64,000 bases of DNA from an uncultured Methanosarcinaceae archaeon (GCA_963727895.1 CAVSHT010000008.1:128001-192000); one strand, 5' to 3'; shown: positions 43,055 through 54,656, numbered from the stretch's first letter. Program-made: numbers and translations. The notes: a model not told the origin generated them from the sequence alone.

Positions 43055-43118
43055 CAATTTATCTATTTGACTTATTCTGGCAGGTTGCTAACGCAGATCT
43101 GTTAGGAGAATTCTTCTG

Positions 43119-43532
43119 TCATGTGCTTGATTGCTCTTCTTTTTGATGTAGATCCAACTGTTCCCCATTTGACACCACTTTCTCGTTTTTGAATTCTTGA
43201 ATTGCTTCTTCGATCAACTTTATGATTTCATCGCATTTGGATTCCTCAGGCTCAGACTCCTTTATCATCTTTATTATTCTCTTGAATTTATCCTCCACAT
43301 GAAATATACTGTGGTATTTTTTTTGTATATCGATTAGACACTTCATCTGTCGATGGGGCACTTTAATATCTGCAAGGTTGTATTTCAGAGATTCAATTGC
43401 TAATTTATAAATAGAGTCTGAGACAACTTCTGTTACCCAATATAAATCCTCCCAAGCTTTACCTTCTTTGTCATATTTTGAGTACTTTATATCATCAAAC
43501 GAGTTCCCAATTGTAACGAGAGAGGTTATAAA
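43119..43532 (-). pseudogene. C-terminal fragment of the hypothetical gene split by IS1634
   Basis: Frame FITSLVTIGNSFDD...EEQSST continues ORF 45244-45813 across the TSD. Confidence 0.75.
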
Positions 43533-45248
43533 CCCACATTCGGCAGGTTAACGTAATTAGAGATATATATTTTCATATTTCTCTCCCATGAGACTCAGTA
43601 TCTTCCAGTGGATAGCCTCCATATTCAATATTTCTGACTCTCTTACTCCTTTTTTTGGAGAAATCAGTTCTGTAATTCCCTGGAAATTGAAAAATATCCA
43701 TCTCATTGTAGGTCTTTTTGTTGGTTTCCTTTTTTGATCTGGAACCGTTTCATTTTTTTCTTCTAACTTTGTCCTTAATTTCCATTATGCAATTGAATAA
43801 ATCATCAAGCAGAGAACCATTATCATGGTCAGTGCTTCAATTCTTGATTTATTCTTGAGGTAAATCTTCGACACACTGAATGTGTCACTTTTCAAGAATC
43901 TGAATCCTGTTTCTACGTTATCCTGTCCTTTGTAATACTTCAACATCTCTTCAGGAGAAATACTGATATCATTACTTGCAAGAATGAAAAGTCCCATTTT
44001 CTCCATTTCTTTCAAAACAAAAGCATCATTAACCTTTATGGCGTCATTGATTCTATAATATGTCTTTAACTCTTCATCTTTTGAAGGTCTGCCTCTTTTA
44101 CCTGCTTCACGTTTATTAATGGTTTTCAAATCTATTTTTTCAAACGCAATCGAAGGGAAATCTTTAATCCATTTCTCTGCTGTTTTTAATGCGCCCTCTT
44201 CGCAGAAGAAGTCCTCTACCTTCAGTTTTGTAAAAGTCTTGTTTGCTCTTTCAAGCTCTTTTTCAAACTTTATTCTGAGAGTCTCCTCCTTCTTCTCTTT
44301 CATTTTATGAGAGAGCAACAAAACCCACTTTTGTTTAACTCCACCATATTTCACAAAGGTTTGATAAAATGAGTATCTTTCGTCGCTTTTCAGCGTTTTC
44401 AGGTTCAGATTTGCAGTTAGCAGTTCCTTTGCCTCTGTAATTGTTGCAGGAACACGACTGATCCAGAATGACTTTCCTAGATTCTTGATATTATTATCTG
44501 TGTAAAAGGAACTATCAGCGACATAGTACACTTTTCTTTCAGGGCTTAAAGCTGATTTGAGAGACTTAATCGCTTCCAGAATTGTGTTTTTGTCGGAAGC
44601 ATTTCCTGAATGTGTATTCATGAAAAGAGGTATTCCATGCTGATTAACAATCAAGCTCAGTACAAATTGTTTAAGGTCCCATCTTCCGTTTTTGGGAATC
44701 CCAAAAGTAATGTCAATAGAATTAGTTTCTTCATCATAATCCCCATAAACGCTGATACTTGTAGTGTCAGCGTGTAAACAATGGACAGGAATAGGCAGAC
44801 GATCCATAATATGAAGAGTAATTTCCGTAAACAGTTTTGTAGGACCATACTTTACGATTCTGTCAAGAGTCTCTCCAATAGCATATTGATTCAGGTCTTC
44901 TCTAGTGACACCTTCTCCTAAAAGTCTTTTCATAGAAATGTTTTTGAAAAAATCAGGAAACAGGTATAGACATTGTCCTATGAAGCCAAGACCATTGAGT
45001 ACCATAGCAAGAATACAGATTGAGTGAGGGACATTGTGATCCCGTTCTTTAGAAAGTTTCTCATCGATTAGTTTGTCAACTTCAAGTTCTCGGAAAACCC
45101 CAACTACCAAACCAAGGTGACCTAAGAATCGTGTACGTTTTAAGGAGGATTCAACTCTTCCACTACTGTTTATCTCTACCATGGAAAGACCAAGAGAGAG
45201 ATAATAAATTAATGATATTAATCTATATGTTTACCTGCCGAATCTAGG
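43533..45248 (-). mobile_element. IS1634-family element with flanking direct repeat ttataaa
   Basis: IRs cccacattcggcaggt / acctgccgaatctagg; ttataaa at 43526-43532 and 45249-45255. Confidence 0.92.
43557..45182 (-). pseudogene. IS1634 transposase with premature TAA at 43785
   Basis: HADTTS, DLKQF, SGNASD, VADS, YKGQDNVETGFRFLK. The frame continues WKLRTKL...RPTMRWIF past the stop to 43557. Confidence 0.88.
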
Positions 45249-46289
45249 TTATAAATATTTTATTTAATGAAAACTCGTCTCGGAAATGAATAGACAGTGT
45301 TCCAAAGTTTTCAAAACATTGGATTATCATAGTAAAGGGTTTTATCGTTTCATTGGACGGTGAGTTTAGTGCGTACTCTAGAATAGGGTTAGTGAGTTCT
45401 TTCAATAACTTTGATACTTCATAATACGCTTTTTCAGAGTTTGTATAAACCCCAATTTCAAATAATTTTAATGTATTATCCTCAAAAAACACGTCTTCTA
45501 TATCTTTAAGATAGAGGCATTTTATGTCTTTTCTTTCTTCATCGCCGATTATTAATGTCTTTTCTCCGTAAATCATGCCATCCAAGTACACTGTAGAACT
45601 GAAGTCTGCCGAATCCTCAAATTTCACGTTATTTACAAATTCAGAATCGCTAATTTTTAAACCTCTTGCTGAATAATCGCGGTACTCTTTCTCTAAAAAT
45701 TTCCGATATTTATTTAGATCCATATCCCAGCTATCTCTATCTCTGTCCCAATCAAACATATAGCCAAATTGGCGCAGCCCTATTAAGTATATAGAGTTGA
45801 TTATGTTTTTCATTAATGGACAAGTTTGCTCTTTTTTTACAGCTTATAGTCCAAGGCATCTTATGTCTTCACCAATATGTCTTGATTCAGTATTGTCTCG
45901 AAGAATTCTTTCAATAGTTTCCAGTGATTTAAGGCATTGTTGTGTCGCATCTAAAAGGTTATTTCTAATAGACCCCCTGCCAATTGTATACACGTGGGAC
46001 GAAATATATGCTCTGATTATAAGCTCTACGCCATCACTTAATTCTTCAAATGCATACTTTGTATTTTCATAGTCATGGTTTTCTTTAACATACTCATGAT
46101 ATTCAATAACCTGTTTTTGTGTATCTCTTGTGAGTTCTTCGGAATGAGCATTTATTCTTGATGCCAATTTTTCTAAACATTCCACTACTTGTTTAGTTGA
46201 AGACTCAAACTCCATTCCTTTTTTTGTGGATTTCTCACCAATAATATTTAGGTTTTCCACTATGTGGAATATACTATGTATGAGATTGT
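45249..46289 (-). pseudogene. Central part of a fragmented hypothetical gene
   Basis: ORFs 45844-46260 and 45244-45813 share a frame and are separated by one TAA. Bounded by IS1634 and the IS21 IR. Confidence 0.7.
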
Positions 46290-46565
46290 TGTCAATGCTG
46301 GTTTACTTTTCCCCATTTTGGCCGGATTAATTTTCCCCACCTTGTGATATAAAGTTTACTCAATTTTTCATGAACTTGTTAAAAATTACTGGTATAGATT
46401 TCCTGTTTTTATACCCTGTTTTTTCCTTTCTTTCAGCCTGTAACTTTCCCCTTTGATATTAATCGTCGTAGAATGATGGAGAAGCCTATCAAGTACAGCA
46501 GCCGCTATTACATGGTCCTTGAATATCTCTCCCCATTCTCCATACGACTTATTCGATGTCAAGAC
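46290..46565 (-). mobile_element. istB: IS21-family remnant: istB 3' end plus terminal IR
   Basis: LTSNKSYGEWGEIFKDHVIAAAVLDRLLHHSTTINIKGESYRLK. Terminus tgtcaatg... carries repeated ttttcccca boxes. Confidence 0.88.
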
Positions 46566-46588
46566 TTAGTACTAAGAAGAGAATTAAG

Positions 46589-46882
46589 CTAACTTACCGC
46601 AAAAAAAAGATCATACCAAAAAACACTTTCTTTCTTATAAATTTCTAAGTTGTCAAATAAAATATGCTCTTCAGAATAGTCATAAAAATAGTCGTAAAGG
46701 CTCTCTATTAAATTAATTTTAGTATTATGGTTCGTTGCTGGATTTGAGAGTTCAGAATATATTTTGTGGAATGGTTTCCTGGAAATTGTAGTTTTTCGAA
46801 AAATGTATATCGAAATTGATGTTGAAACCACGGAGATTATGAAAAAAAGTAAATCTATGTATTTAATCATTAGTCCATCCAC
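46589..46882 (-). CDS. Hypothetical protein with N-terminal TM segment (possibly the 5' end of the fragmented gene)
   Basis: 97-aa ORF ending near the IS21 remnant. Confidence 0.4.
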   Translation of the reverse strand: MDGLMIKYIDLLFFIISVVSTSISIYIFRKTTISRKPFHKIYSELSNPATNHNTKINLIESLYDYFYDYSEEHILFDNLEIYKKESVFWYDLFFAVS

Positions 46883-47055
46883 TGATTAATGTAACTTTTA
46901 ATCGCTGCTAGAACTACAATACCAAATGAGATATTTTTGATTAATATCTTAGATTTATTTTCTTTTTCTTATTATAAAAGTTACGGTTAATATTATTGTA
47001 TTTTTCATCGTGCAATTTATTTTGAAGGACAATTATCGTGCTCTTACAGGTGAAA

Positions 47056-47400
47056 TTACATTTCTTGATGTGGATCAGCTCGCTTCTCTACCCATTGTAT
47101 TAAAGGAATGATTGCTTTACAAAGCTGCCTTCCATCATCTGTCAGAAAGTATTCAACCCGTGGAGGAATTTCTGGAAATGCTTCTCTTCGGACCAGGTCT
47201 TCTTTTTGAAGTTCTTTTAACAAATCCGAAAGTGACTTTGGACTTACACCATCAAGAGTGCCCATGAGATCATTGAATCTCAATCTATCGTAATGTCCAG
47301 GGGCACTGATAACCTGGATAGCCCATTTTTTGGATATTATGGTAACAATCCCTTCAACAGGGCACAAACAAATTCCATTACTATTTTTTTTCATAGTCAC
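47056..47400 (-). CDS. HxlR/DUF24-family winged-helix regulator
   Basis: CPVE...ISKKWAI, RFNDL, SPKSLS, EIPPRVEYFLT. Confidence 0.9.
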   Translation of the reverse strand: MTMKKNSNGICLCPVEGIVTIISKKWAIQVISAPGHYDRLRFNDLMGTLDGVSPKSLSDLLKELQKEDLVRREAFPEIPPRVEYFLTDDGRQLCKAIIPLIQWVEKRADPHQEM

Positions 47401-47426
47401 TTTATCACTATTAACTTTATAGTTTT

Positions 47427-47445
47427 AATACTATAGAAAAGTATT
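47427..47445. promoter_or_regulatory. Candidate operator AATACT-N7-AGTATT
   Basis: Palindrome between the divergent regulator and the cooC-like gene. Confidence 0.45.
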
Positions 47446-47517
47446 ATGATTATTAATATTTTATGTTATTAATTAAATTATTATTAATACTAAATAATAT
47501 TAAACAGAGGTAAAAAG

Positions 47518-48282
47518 ATGAAAGTTCTTGTATGTGGAAAAGGTGGAAGCGGCAAGAGTACCATTACTGCTCTGCTTGCAAAATCCATGGCTAAGAAAGG
47601 TTATAATGTGCTTGTAGTGGATAGCGATGAGTCAAATTTTGGGCTTCATAAACAGCTAGGGCTTGAGATGCCTGAAGATTTTATGAATTATCTTGGAGGG
47701 AAAAAAACTCTGGGAGAAAAACTAATGCAGGCATATCAGAAAGGCGATAATGTTAGCATTTTTGAAAACAAATGGCAAATTTCCGACATCCCTTAGGCTT
47801 ATACTGCAGAAAAAGGAAATATCAAAATGATAACAATAGACAAAATACATGATTTTGGAGAAGGTTGTGCCTGCCCAATGGGCGCTCTTGCAAAGAATCT
47901 ATTGAAAAACACAGAAACTACTCCTGAAGATGTGGTATCTGTGGATACTGAAGCGAGTATAGAGCATTTTGGAAGAGGGGTTGAAGAAGGCTGCGATCTC
48001 GTATTAATGATAATTGATCCATCTTATGAGTCCATGCGCCTTTCTGAAAAAATAAAAGAATTTGCTGAAAAAGCCGGGAAGCCCCTGTATTTTATTCTTA
48101 ACCGTACAGACAAACTAGATGCTCAGTTAATGACGGAAACCCTGGATAAAAATCATATTTTAACTTCAGTCCCATCAAACTCAGAGGTATTTCTAGCAGG
48201 ATTTGAAGGAGAAGAACTAAAAGTGGAACTTCCGGAAATCGAATCCGTTGCTGACTTCCTAATCTCAGGAATTCATTTTTAA
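47518..48282 (+). pseudogene. CooC-like nickel-insertion ATPase with in-frame TAG at 47794
   Basis: GKGGSGKST, DSDESN, GEGCACP, DTEASIEHFGRG; both ORFs share one frame. Confidence 0.8.
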
Positions 48283-48320
48283 AATAGAGAAAGGAGAATT
48301 GAAAATAATGTAGTGGTAAT

Positions 48321-48965
48321 CTGATATTAGAAAATTTTAAAAGAGAATCGATAGTTCCTTCGCCAGTGGTATTTATATCAATAATCAGTGAAAATGGAAT
48401 TAGAAATATAGCACCATATTCTTGTTTTATGCCTGTTTTACGCCCATTTGATTTAGTTTGTGTAGTTTGAGCAAAAAGGAGAGATACATTAGATAATTTA
48501 AAAAGTACAGGGGAATTTGTTATTAACATGCCTGGTACTGATATGGTAGACAAAGTGATACCAACGGCTTCACACGTCCCTCCTGATGTTGATGAATTTG
48601 AATTAGCTGGTCTAAAAGAGAAACCTTCAAAAAAGATCAAGGCACCAGGAATTGAAGGATGTTACGCATGGATGGAATATACACTTATCCATATAATTGA
48701 AGAGGTATACAATGGCATACCTTATGCATTGATTCTTGGTAAAGTAGTGTATCTTGAGATAAAAGACAGCATATACAACAAAGAAAATGGTTCCTGGAAT
48801 GTAGAAGAAGCTAAACCATTAATGATGATAGGGTCAGACAAAGGTATGCATTTCTGTACTGTCAATGACATAGGTAAATTTGAGCTTTTTGGAGCTATGT
48901 TTAAAAGCGGTAAAGATCCATTAGGAAAAATGTATAAAAAAGAAGAGAGTCCAGAATGCAAGTAA
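48321..48965 (+). pseudogene. Flavin reductase-like (flavoredoxin) protein with in-frame TGA at 48468
   Basis: [20 protein letters not shown]...[21 protein letters not shown]. Apparent start codon is CTG. Confidence 0.8.
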
Positions 48966-49387
48966 AGTATAGCTGTATTGATCTGAATCATTAACTTTAG
49001 GATTATTATATATATAATAATTATATATCAATTTAAGCTAAATGATTATGTCTTTTTGTTAGTTCTCATCTCTCAGTAGCTCTCAGTAATTGATTTATAT
49101 AGAAAAGTTATAAAGCCAAAAATTTTTTACTTTTTAAACAATTAGAACTTCTGTGCTCAGAACTCAAAATCAAGTTTAGATTATGCTATAATCTGGGCTT
49201 ATATGTTTTAACTGCTGAGAGTCAAATAATATATATTCTCAATCAGTACTGCACAGTTTAACTGAATAAATAGCGTTTTTAGGTACATTGATCTATTATA
49301 AATATAAATTTAAAACTTGGAAACTCCAAGTTCAATTGCTTAATTTTAGATAAAAATGCTTTAAATATATAGTTGGAGATTGAAAAC

Positions 49388-49594
49388 GTGACTCAAGAAA
49401 CCATAAAAGTTGAAGGCATGTCCTGTATTCACTGTCAGATGAGAGTTAAAAAAGCAGTTGAAGCTGTAGAAGGCGTACAGAAAGCTGACGTAAACCTTCA
49501 GACCAAACAGGTAACTGTTGATTATGAAGAAGGAAAAGCAAACATTGAAAAGGTCAAAGATGCGGTCAGAGAAGCAGGGTATGAACCCATTTAA
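49388..49594 (+). CDS. copZ: Copper chaperone (HMA domain)
   Basis: GMSCIHC motif; lies upstream of a P1B-ATPase. Confidence 0.9.
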   Translation: MTQETIKVEGMSCIHCQMRVKKAVEAVEGVQKADVNLQTKQVTVDYEEGKANIEKVKDAVREAGYEPI

Positions 49595-49845
49595 TATTGT
49601 TTTCTTCACAAGCCATGCAAATGCTTCAAAGATAAGTAGTAAGGATCATTACTGTATTTACAAACATTCCAGAACAAACACCAACATTCCTAAAAAACCT
49701 TAAATCCAGTCTATGACAGCTGGGTAACTGGCTTGTATGTCATACATATGGCCTTACTTAAAATGGACATAAAACTGTAGAAAAGCCAGAAACTTTACAA
49801 AACATTGGGCAATCCTGAAAAAAACCTGGATAGGCGGCAGATCCG

Positions 49846-52539
49846 ATGGAAATCACTATTGGAGTTTATGGTATGACCTGTGGCCACTGCCAAAAAAGAG
49901 TAGCGGATGCTATTTCTTCTCTTGAAGGAGTAGAAGCCGTTAATGTAGATATTGAATCCGAAAGCGCGACGATCAGCTTTGACCCTGAAAAAGTAAGCTT
50001 GGATGGCATAAAGACAGCTATACAGAAGGCTGGATACTCAACAGAGAGAGAGCAAGAAGATCAGGAAGAAACTCGAGAAGAAATTGTCAGTACAGCTGAG
50101 ATGGCAGGGATAACTGCAGAGGCTGCGGAGAAAGCTATAACTGAATCAAAGGAACCTGGAGAAGTTCCACAAACCTGTCCCCTTACTGGAATATGTGAAA
50201 TTTCAGAGAAAGAAGAACCACGAATGACAGATATTGAGAAAGCTATAGAATCAATTGGGTACAAGGTAGAAAAGGACAAAGTTACACTCAACCTTGAAGG
50301 TATGAGTTGTGCCTCCTGCGCTGCAAACATAGAAAGAATTTTGAATAAAACCGACGGCGTGATTTCAGCGTCTGTAAATTTCCCGCTTGAAAAAGCAGTT
50401 GTAGAATTTGATTCCTCCCGTGTCTCTGTCAGAGAAATTATTGCTGCAGTTCAGGGAATCGGCTATGGAGCATCTGTTAAAACTGAAGCTGTTGAGTCTG
50501 AAGACAAAGAGCAGATATCCAGAGACACTGAAATCAGGAGACAGAGAAATAACCTGATAATTGCTCTTATTCTGGGAATTCCAATTGGGCTAGGAAACAT
50601 GAGCATGATGTTTCCTTTCTTATCCTTTGTACCTGATATCCTTTCCAATCATATCGTTCTTTTTATACTGTCCACTCTTGTTCTCCTTTTCCCTGGCAGG
50701 CAATTTTTTGTAGGGACTTTAAAAGGATTCAAGTATGGAGTGACTGATATGAACCTGCTGATTGCTGCAGGTACAGGGTCAGCATACCTTATCAGTGTAG
50801 CAGCTACATTTCTCGATCTTGGTCCAGGGTATAATAGTCTTTATTATGACACTGTAGCGTTCCTGATTATCTTCATTGTCCTTGGCAGATATCTTGAGGC
50901 AAGAGCAAGAGGTCAGACTTCTGAAGCAATTAGAAAATTAATGGGTCTCAGGACAAAAACCTCCAGAATCCTTGTAAATGGTATTGAAAAAGAGATTCCC
51001 GTCGAAGAAGTATCAGTTGGAGACATTGTTGTTGTCAGACCCGGAGAAAAAATCCCTGTTGATGGAATTATAGTTGAGGGAGGTTCTGCAGTAGATGAGT
51101 CCATGCTCACTGGAGAAAGTATCCCTGTAGAGAAAGTTTCCGGTGATACCGTTATAGGTGCTACTCTTAACAAGATCGGATCTTTCAATTTTCGTGCTAC
51201 AAAAGTCGGGGCTGATACTGCTCTTGCCCAGATAATAAGGCTTGTTGAAACTGCACAGACTACAAAAGCTCCCATCCAGAGAGTTGCAGATGTTGTTGCC
51301 GGAAATTTCATAGTAGCTGTGCATATTATAGCTCTTCTGGCCTTTTTCTTCTGGTTTTTCATAGGATACTGTCGCTATGGAGTAGGGGAATCCGTAGCTT
51401 TAGGAGGAATCAGTCCATTTCTTTTTTCCCTGCTTATAGCCATTACTGTCCTTGTAATTTCGTGTCCATGTGCAGTAGGACTTGCAACTCCTGCCGCTAT
51501 TATGGTAGGTACTGGAAGAGGTGCGGAAAACGGAGTCCTTATTAAAGGAGGAGAAGCTCTTGAAAGAGCACATAAACTTGATACTATCGTTTTTGACAAA
51601 ACAGGCACTCTTACGGCAGGAACCCCTAAGCTCACAGATTTAGTTGCTGTTTCCGGTCACGAGGAGAAAGATGTACTTTTTATTGCAGCAACGGTTGAAA
51701 GAGGATCAGAACATCCTCTTGGAGAGGCTATAGTAAAAGGAGCAGAAGAACAGGGGATCAATCTAGGAAAAGCAGAAAATTTCCATTCAATTCCCGGAAA
51801 AGGAGTAGAAGCCTACTTTGAAGAAAAGAGAATTTTGCTTGGCACACGTAAACTTATGGAAGAAAAAGGAATTTCCTTTAAAGGATTAGAAGATCAAATG
51901 CAAGCCTTTGAAGAGAGCGGAAAAACTGCGATGCTCGTAGCTTTGGAAGAAGAAATTATTGGCCTTGTCGCAGTTGCCGATACCCTTAAAGAGAATTCCA
52001 GAGAGGCTATTGAAACTCTTAAAAATATGGGAATAGAAGTAGCTATGATAACCGGCGACAATGTTGTTACAGCTAATGCAATAGCAAAAGAGGTCGGGAT
52101 TCCCAGAGTGCTTGCAGAAGTACTTCCTGAAGACAAAGCAAGTGAAATTAAGAAGCTCCAGGAAGAAGGCAAGATTGTTGGAATGGTAGGTGACGGCATT
52201 AATGATGCTCCTGCATTGATCCAGTCTGATGTTGGAATTGCGATGGGGGCAGGTACTGATGTAGCAATGGAATCTGCAAAAATTGTGCTTATCAAAAATG
52301 ATCCAAGAGATGTTGTTGCAGCTATTAAATTGAGTAGACTAACCATAAACAAGATAAAACAGAATCTGATATGGGCTTTTGGGTATAATTCTATCGGTAT
52401 TCCTATCGCAGCCGGGATTCTTTACCCCTTCTTCCATAAAATCCTTATCACACCCGAAATTGCTGCCGCCTTTATGGCACTCAGCTCTGTTTCAGTGACT
52501 ACGAACTCCTTGTTGATGAAAAGAAGCAAGCTTAAATGA
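49846..52539 (+). CDS. copA: Cu(I)-translocating P1B-type ATPase
   Basis: Two CxxC HMA domains, [26 protein letters not shown] and MxxSS motifs. Confidence 0.95.
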   Translation: MEITIGVYGMTCGHCQKRVADAISSLEGVEAVNVDIESESATISFDPEKVSLDGIKTAIQKAGYSTEREQEDQEETREEIVSTAEMAGITAEAAEKAITESKEPGEVPQTCPLTGICEISEKEEPRMTDIEKAIESIGYKVEKDKVTLNLEGMSCASCAANIERILNKTDGVISASVNFPLEKAVVEFDSSRVSVREIIAAVQGIGYGASVKTEAVESEDKEQISRDTEIRRQRNNLIIALILGIPIGLGNMSMMFPFLSFVPDILSNHIVLFILSTLVLLFPGRQFFVGTLKGFKYGVTDMNLLIAAGTGSAYLISVAATFLDLGPGYNSLYYDTVAFLIIFIVLGRYLEARARGQTSEAIRKLMGLRTKTSRILVNGIEKEIPVEEVSVGDIVVVRPGEKIPVDGIIVEGGSAVDESMLTGESIPVEKVSGDTVIGATLNKIGSFNFRATKVGADTALAQIIRLVETAQTTKAPIQRVADVVAGNFIVAVHIIALLAFFFWFFIGYCRYGVGESVALGGISPFLFSLLIAITVLVISCPCAVGLATPAAIMVGTGRGAENGVLIKGGEALERAHKLDTIVFDKTGTLTAGTPKLTDLVAVSGHEEKDVLFIAATVERGSEHPLGEAIVKGAEEQGINLGKAENFHSIPGKGVEAYFEEKRILLGTRKLMEEKGISFKGLEDQMQAFEESGKTAMLVALEEEIIGLVAVADTLKENSREAIETLKNMGIEVAMITGDNVVTANAIAKEVGIPRVLAEVLPEDKASEIKKLQEEGKIVGMVGDGINDAPALIQSDVGIAMGAGTDVAMESAKIVLIKNDPRDVVAAIKLSRLTINKIKQNLIWAFGYNSIGIPIAAGILYPFFHKILITPEIAAAFMALSSVSVTTNSLLMKRSKLK

Positions 52540-52591
52540 ATGAATCAGATAACTTAGAACTTAACAATAAAAAGTTAAACAGGAGATTTAT

Positions 52592-52855
52592 ATGGTAAAA
52601 TTCGGTTATACAGATAACAGGCCAAGAACAGTGTTTCTGTTGAGTCTGGTTACTTCAACAGTGCTTGTTATCTTTTTCCTTTCTGGATCTATTTTAACCA
52701 ATATATCCAGAGGAGAAATCGCTTATACGCATGTAGATATGATTGCGGGTTCTATATTTGTTTTTGTAATTTCTATGATAATTTCGCTGTCCATCTGGCC
52801 CAGAATTGCAGACTGGCTTGAGAGCAAGGAAAAAAACAACAAAACGCTACAATAG
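52592..52855 (+). CDS. Small two-TM hypothetical protein
   Basis: SD aggag; follows copA on the same strand. Confidence 0.7.
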   Translation: MVKFGYTDNRPRTVFLLSLVTSTVLVIFFLSGSILTNISRGEIAYTHVDMIAGSIFVFVISMIISLSIWPRIADWLESKEKNNKTLQ

Positions 52856-53001
52856 ACGGTATCAAATGATAAACGAGACTTGATCCCGAAAAAGATAAAC
52901 TTCTAGTAAAAAAGAGGTTCAGGTCATAGTTCCTTAGAAAACTGTCTGAACCTAAAAAAGATAGAAATTCACTTCATTGGGAATTGATGGTGCCAGAAGA
53001 A

Positions 53002-53550
53002 TTATTTAAACGCAGTAAATTTGTTTATTGGAGCACCACAAATAGGACATCTATCAGGTGCTTCTCCTTCAAAAGTATATCCGCATACTTCACAAACCTG
53101 TACAGGACCAAGATCAATATCTTTTCCAGCGTTTACCGATTCAAATGCTCTTTCAAAAAGTTGTTTATGCATTTTTTCAGTGGCATATGACCATTCAAAA
53201 CTTCTTTGTGCTCTTTTTTCTCCCTGGAATTTTGCAACTTCTATATATACAGGATACATTTCTTCAATCTCAAATATCTCGCCATCAATAGCTAACTTAA
53301 GATTCTTCAAGGAATCACCTAGGCCAAAAGCTGCCATACTATTTGCGACAAATCCCCCATCTAGATGTTTTAGCTCCCGGTAATGGTCTCCTGCATGTAT
53401 ATATTCCGCATGAGCAATTGCACGGAATAGACGAGCTACATTACTATATTTTTCTTTTTTGGCCTGGTTTGCGAAATGTAAATATCTCATATGTGCTTGA
53501 CTTTCTCCACCGAAAGCATTGATAAGATATTGTTCTGTCATTTTTTTCAT
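53002..53550 (-). CDS. Rubrerythrin
   Basis: AFGGESQAHMRY, AEYIHA, EKMH, and a C-terminal CEVCG...CPICG rubredoxin-like domain. Confidence 0.93.
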   Translation of the reverse strand: MKKMTEQYLINAFGGESQAHMRYLHFANQAKKEKYSNVARLFRAIAHAEYIHAGDHYRELKHLDGGFVANSMAAFGLGDSLKNLKLAIDGEIFEIEEMYPVYIEVAKFQGEKRAQRSFEWSYATEKMHKQLFERAFESVNAGKDIDLGPVQVCEVCGYTFEGEAPDRCPICGAPINKFTAFK

Positions 53551-53590
53551 TTAAGAACCTTTTTTTATGAAACTGAATTTTGAGATCTTA

Positions 53591-53699
53591 GGGCTTACGC
53601 AGTTGAAAAACAAGATCAAATATGAGAATTTCGGTCAAAATATTTTATTAAACTTTGAGGTTTAATTAAATTGACTTCTCTGCTCAACTGTGTGAGACC
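53591..53699. mobile_element. MITE-like element (109 bp)
   Basis: gggcttacgcagttga ... tcaactgtgtgagacc (13/16 IR match). Confidence 0.55.
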
Positions 53700-53707
53700 A
53701 GATTACT

Positions 53708-54007
53708 TTATTCTATTTTTACTTCCACCGCATTTTCAAATGGCTGCTGATAAGGAACTTTAACTTTAAGTATACCATTTGAGTACTTGGCTACTGCTTT
53801 TTCCGGAACTATCGGGCAACAGACTGCGTAACTGTCTGTATACTCAATCCCTTCCTTGACAGCTTTTACATAAAATCCATCTTCAGTTATCTTAAAAGAA
53901 ATGTCTTTCTTTTCCACTCCAGGAAGAACTACCTCAATTTCAAGATTTTCATATTTGTCGTCCGGATATGCACATATAGAAGGTGAAACTTTTAAAGTGT
54001 TTGCCAT
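53708..54007 (-). CDS. Small heat shock protein (Hsp20/alpha-crystallin)
   Basis: LPGVEKKDI and AKYSNGILKVKVP. Confidence 0.9.
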   Translation of the reverse strand: MANTLKVSPSICAYPDDKYENLEIEVVLPGVEKKDISFKITEDGFYVKAVKEGIEYTDSYAVCCPIVPEKAVAKYSNGILKVKVPYQQPFENAVEVKIE

Positions 54008-54077
54008 AAATAACCCCAAATTATATTACCAATTAGTATATTTATATATTTTCGTTCACATCTTACCAAAATTATAT

Positions 54078-54223
54078 TATAGATTTAGTTGAATAATATA
54101 GGAAAGCTTTTAATTCACTGGAGAAATACCATTAATTATTTTTGTTTACGTATAGATTTAGTTAAATAATATAGGAAAGCTTTTAATTCACTGGAGAAAT
54201 ACCATTAATTATTTTTGTTTACG
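54078..54223. repeat. 73-bp tandem duplication (1 mismatch)
   Basis: Copies at 54078-54150 and 54151-54223. Confidence 0.95.
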
Positions 54224-54290
54224 ATTATTTCATATAGCTATTTCTAGATTGTTAACTCATACTATTAATCCAAGAAGTGAGTGTTTTTAC

Positions 54291-54617
54291 ATGAAGGAAT
54301 CTGTTAGAAAACTTGGGCTTTTAGGAGCCGGTCTTTGGGCAATAACTGAAGATAAAATGAACGACTTTGTAAAGGAACTTGTAGAAAAAGGAGACATCAG
54401 TAAGGAAGACGGCAAAAAAGCTGTCCAGGATATGCTTGAAGAAAGAAAAAAACAGAAGCTTGATCTCGAAAAGAAAATTTCTGAAAAGATTCAGGAATCA
54501 ATCTCCAAAACCGATATATTTAACCGAAAAGACATGCATGAGCTTGAATCTCGAATACACATGTTAGAAGAAGAAATTCAGAGAATTAAAAACAAAGAAA
54601 AGATGTATTTCAAGTGA
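54291..54617 (+). CDS. Phasin-like coiled-coil protein
   Basis: LLGAGLWAITEDK...ELVEKGDISKEDGK...LESRIHMLE pattern. Confidence 0.7.
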   Translation: MKESVRKLGLLGAGLWAITEDKMNDFVKELVEKGDISKEDGKKAVQDMLEERKKQKLDLEKKISEKIQESISKTDIFNRKDMHELESRIHMLEEEIQRIKNKEKMYFK

Positions 54618-54656
54618 AAACAATCTTATATCTGTTTTTCATTTCTTATTCCTCAT

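Noticed and set aside
48468..48470. Selenocysteine at the flavin reductase TGA
   Set aside because: No SECIS evident, the start codon also looks degenerate, and Methanosarcina are not known to use Sec.
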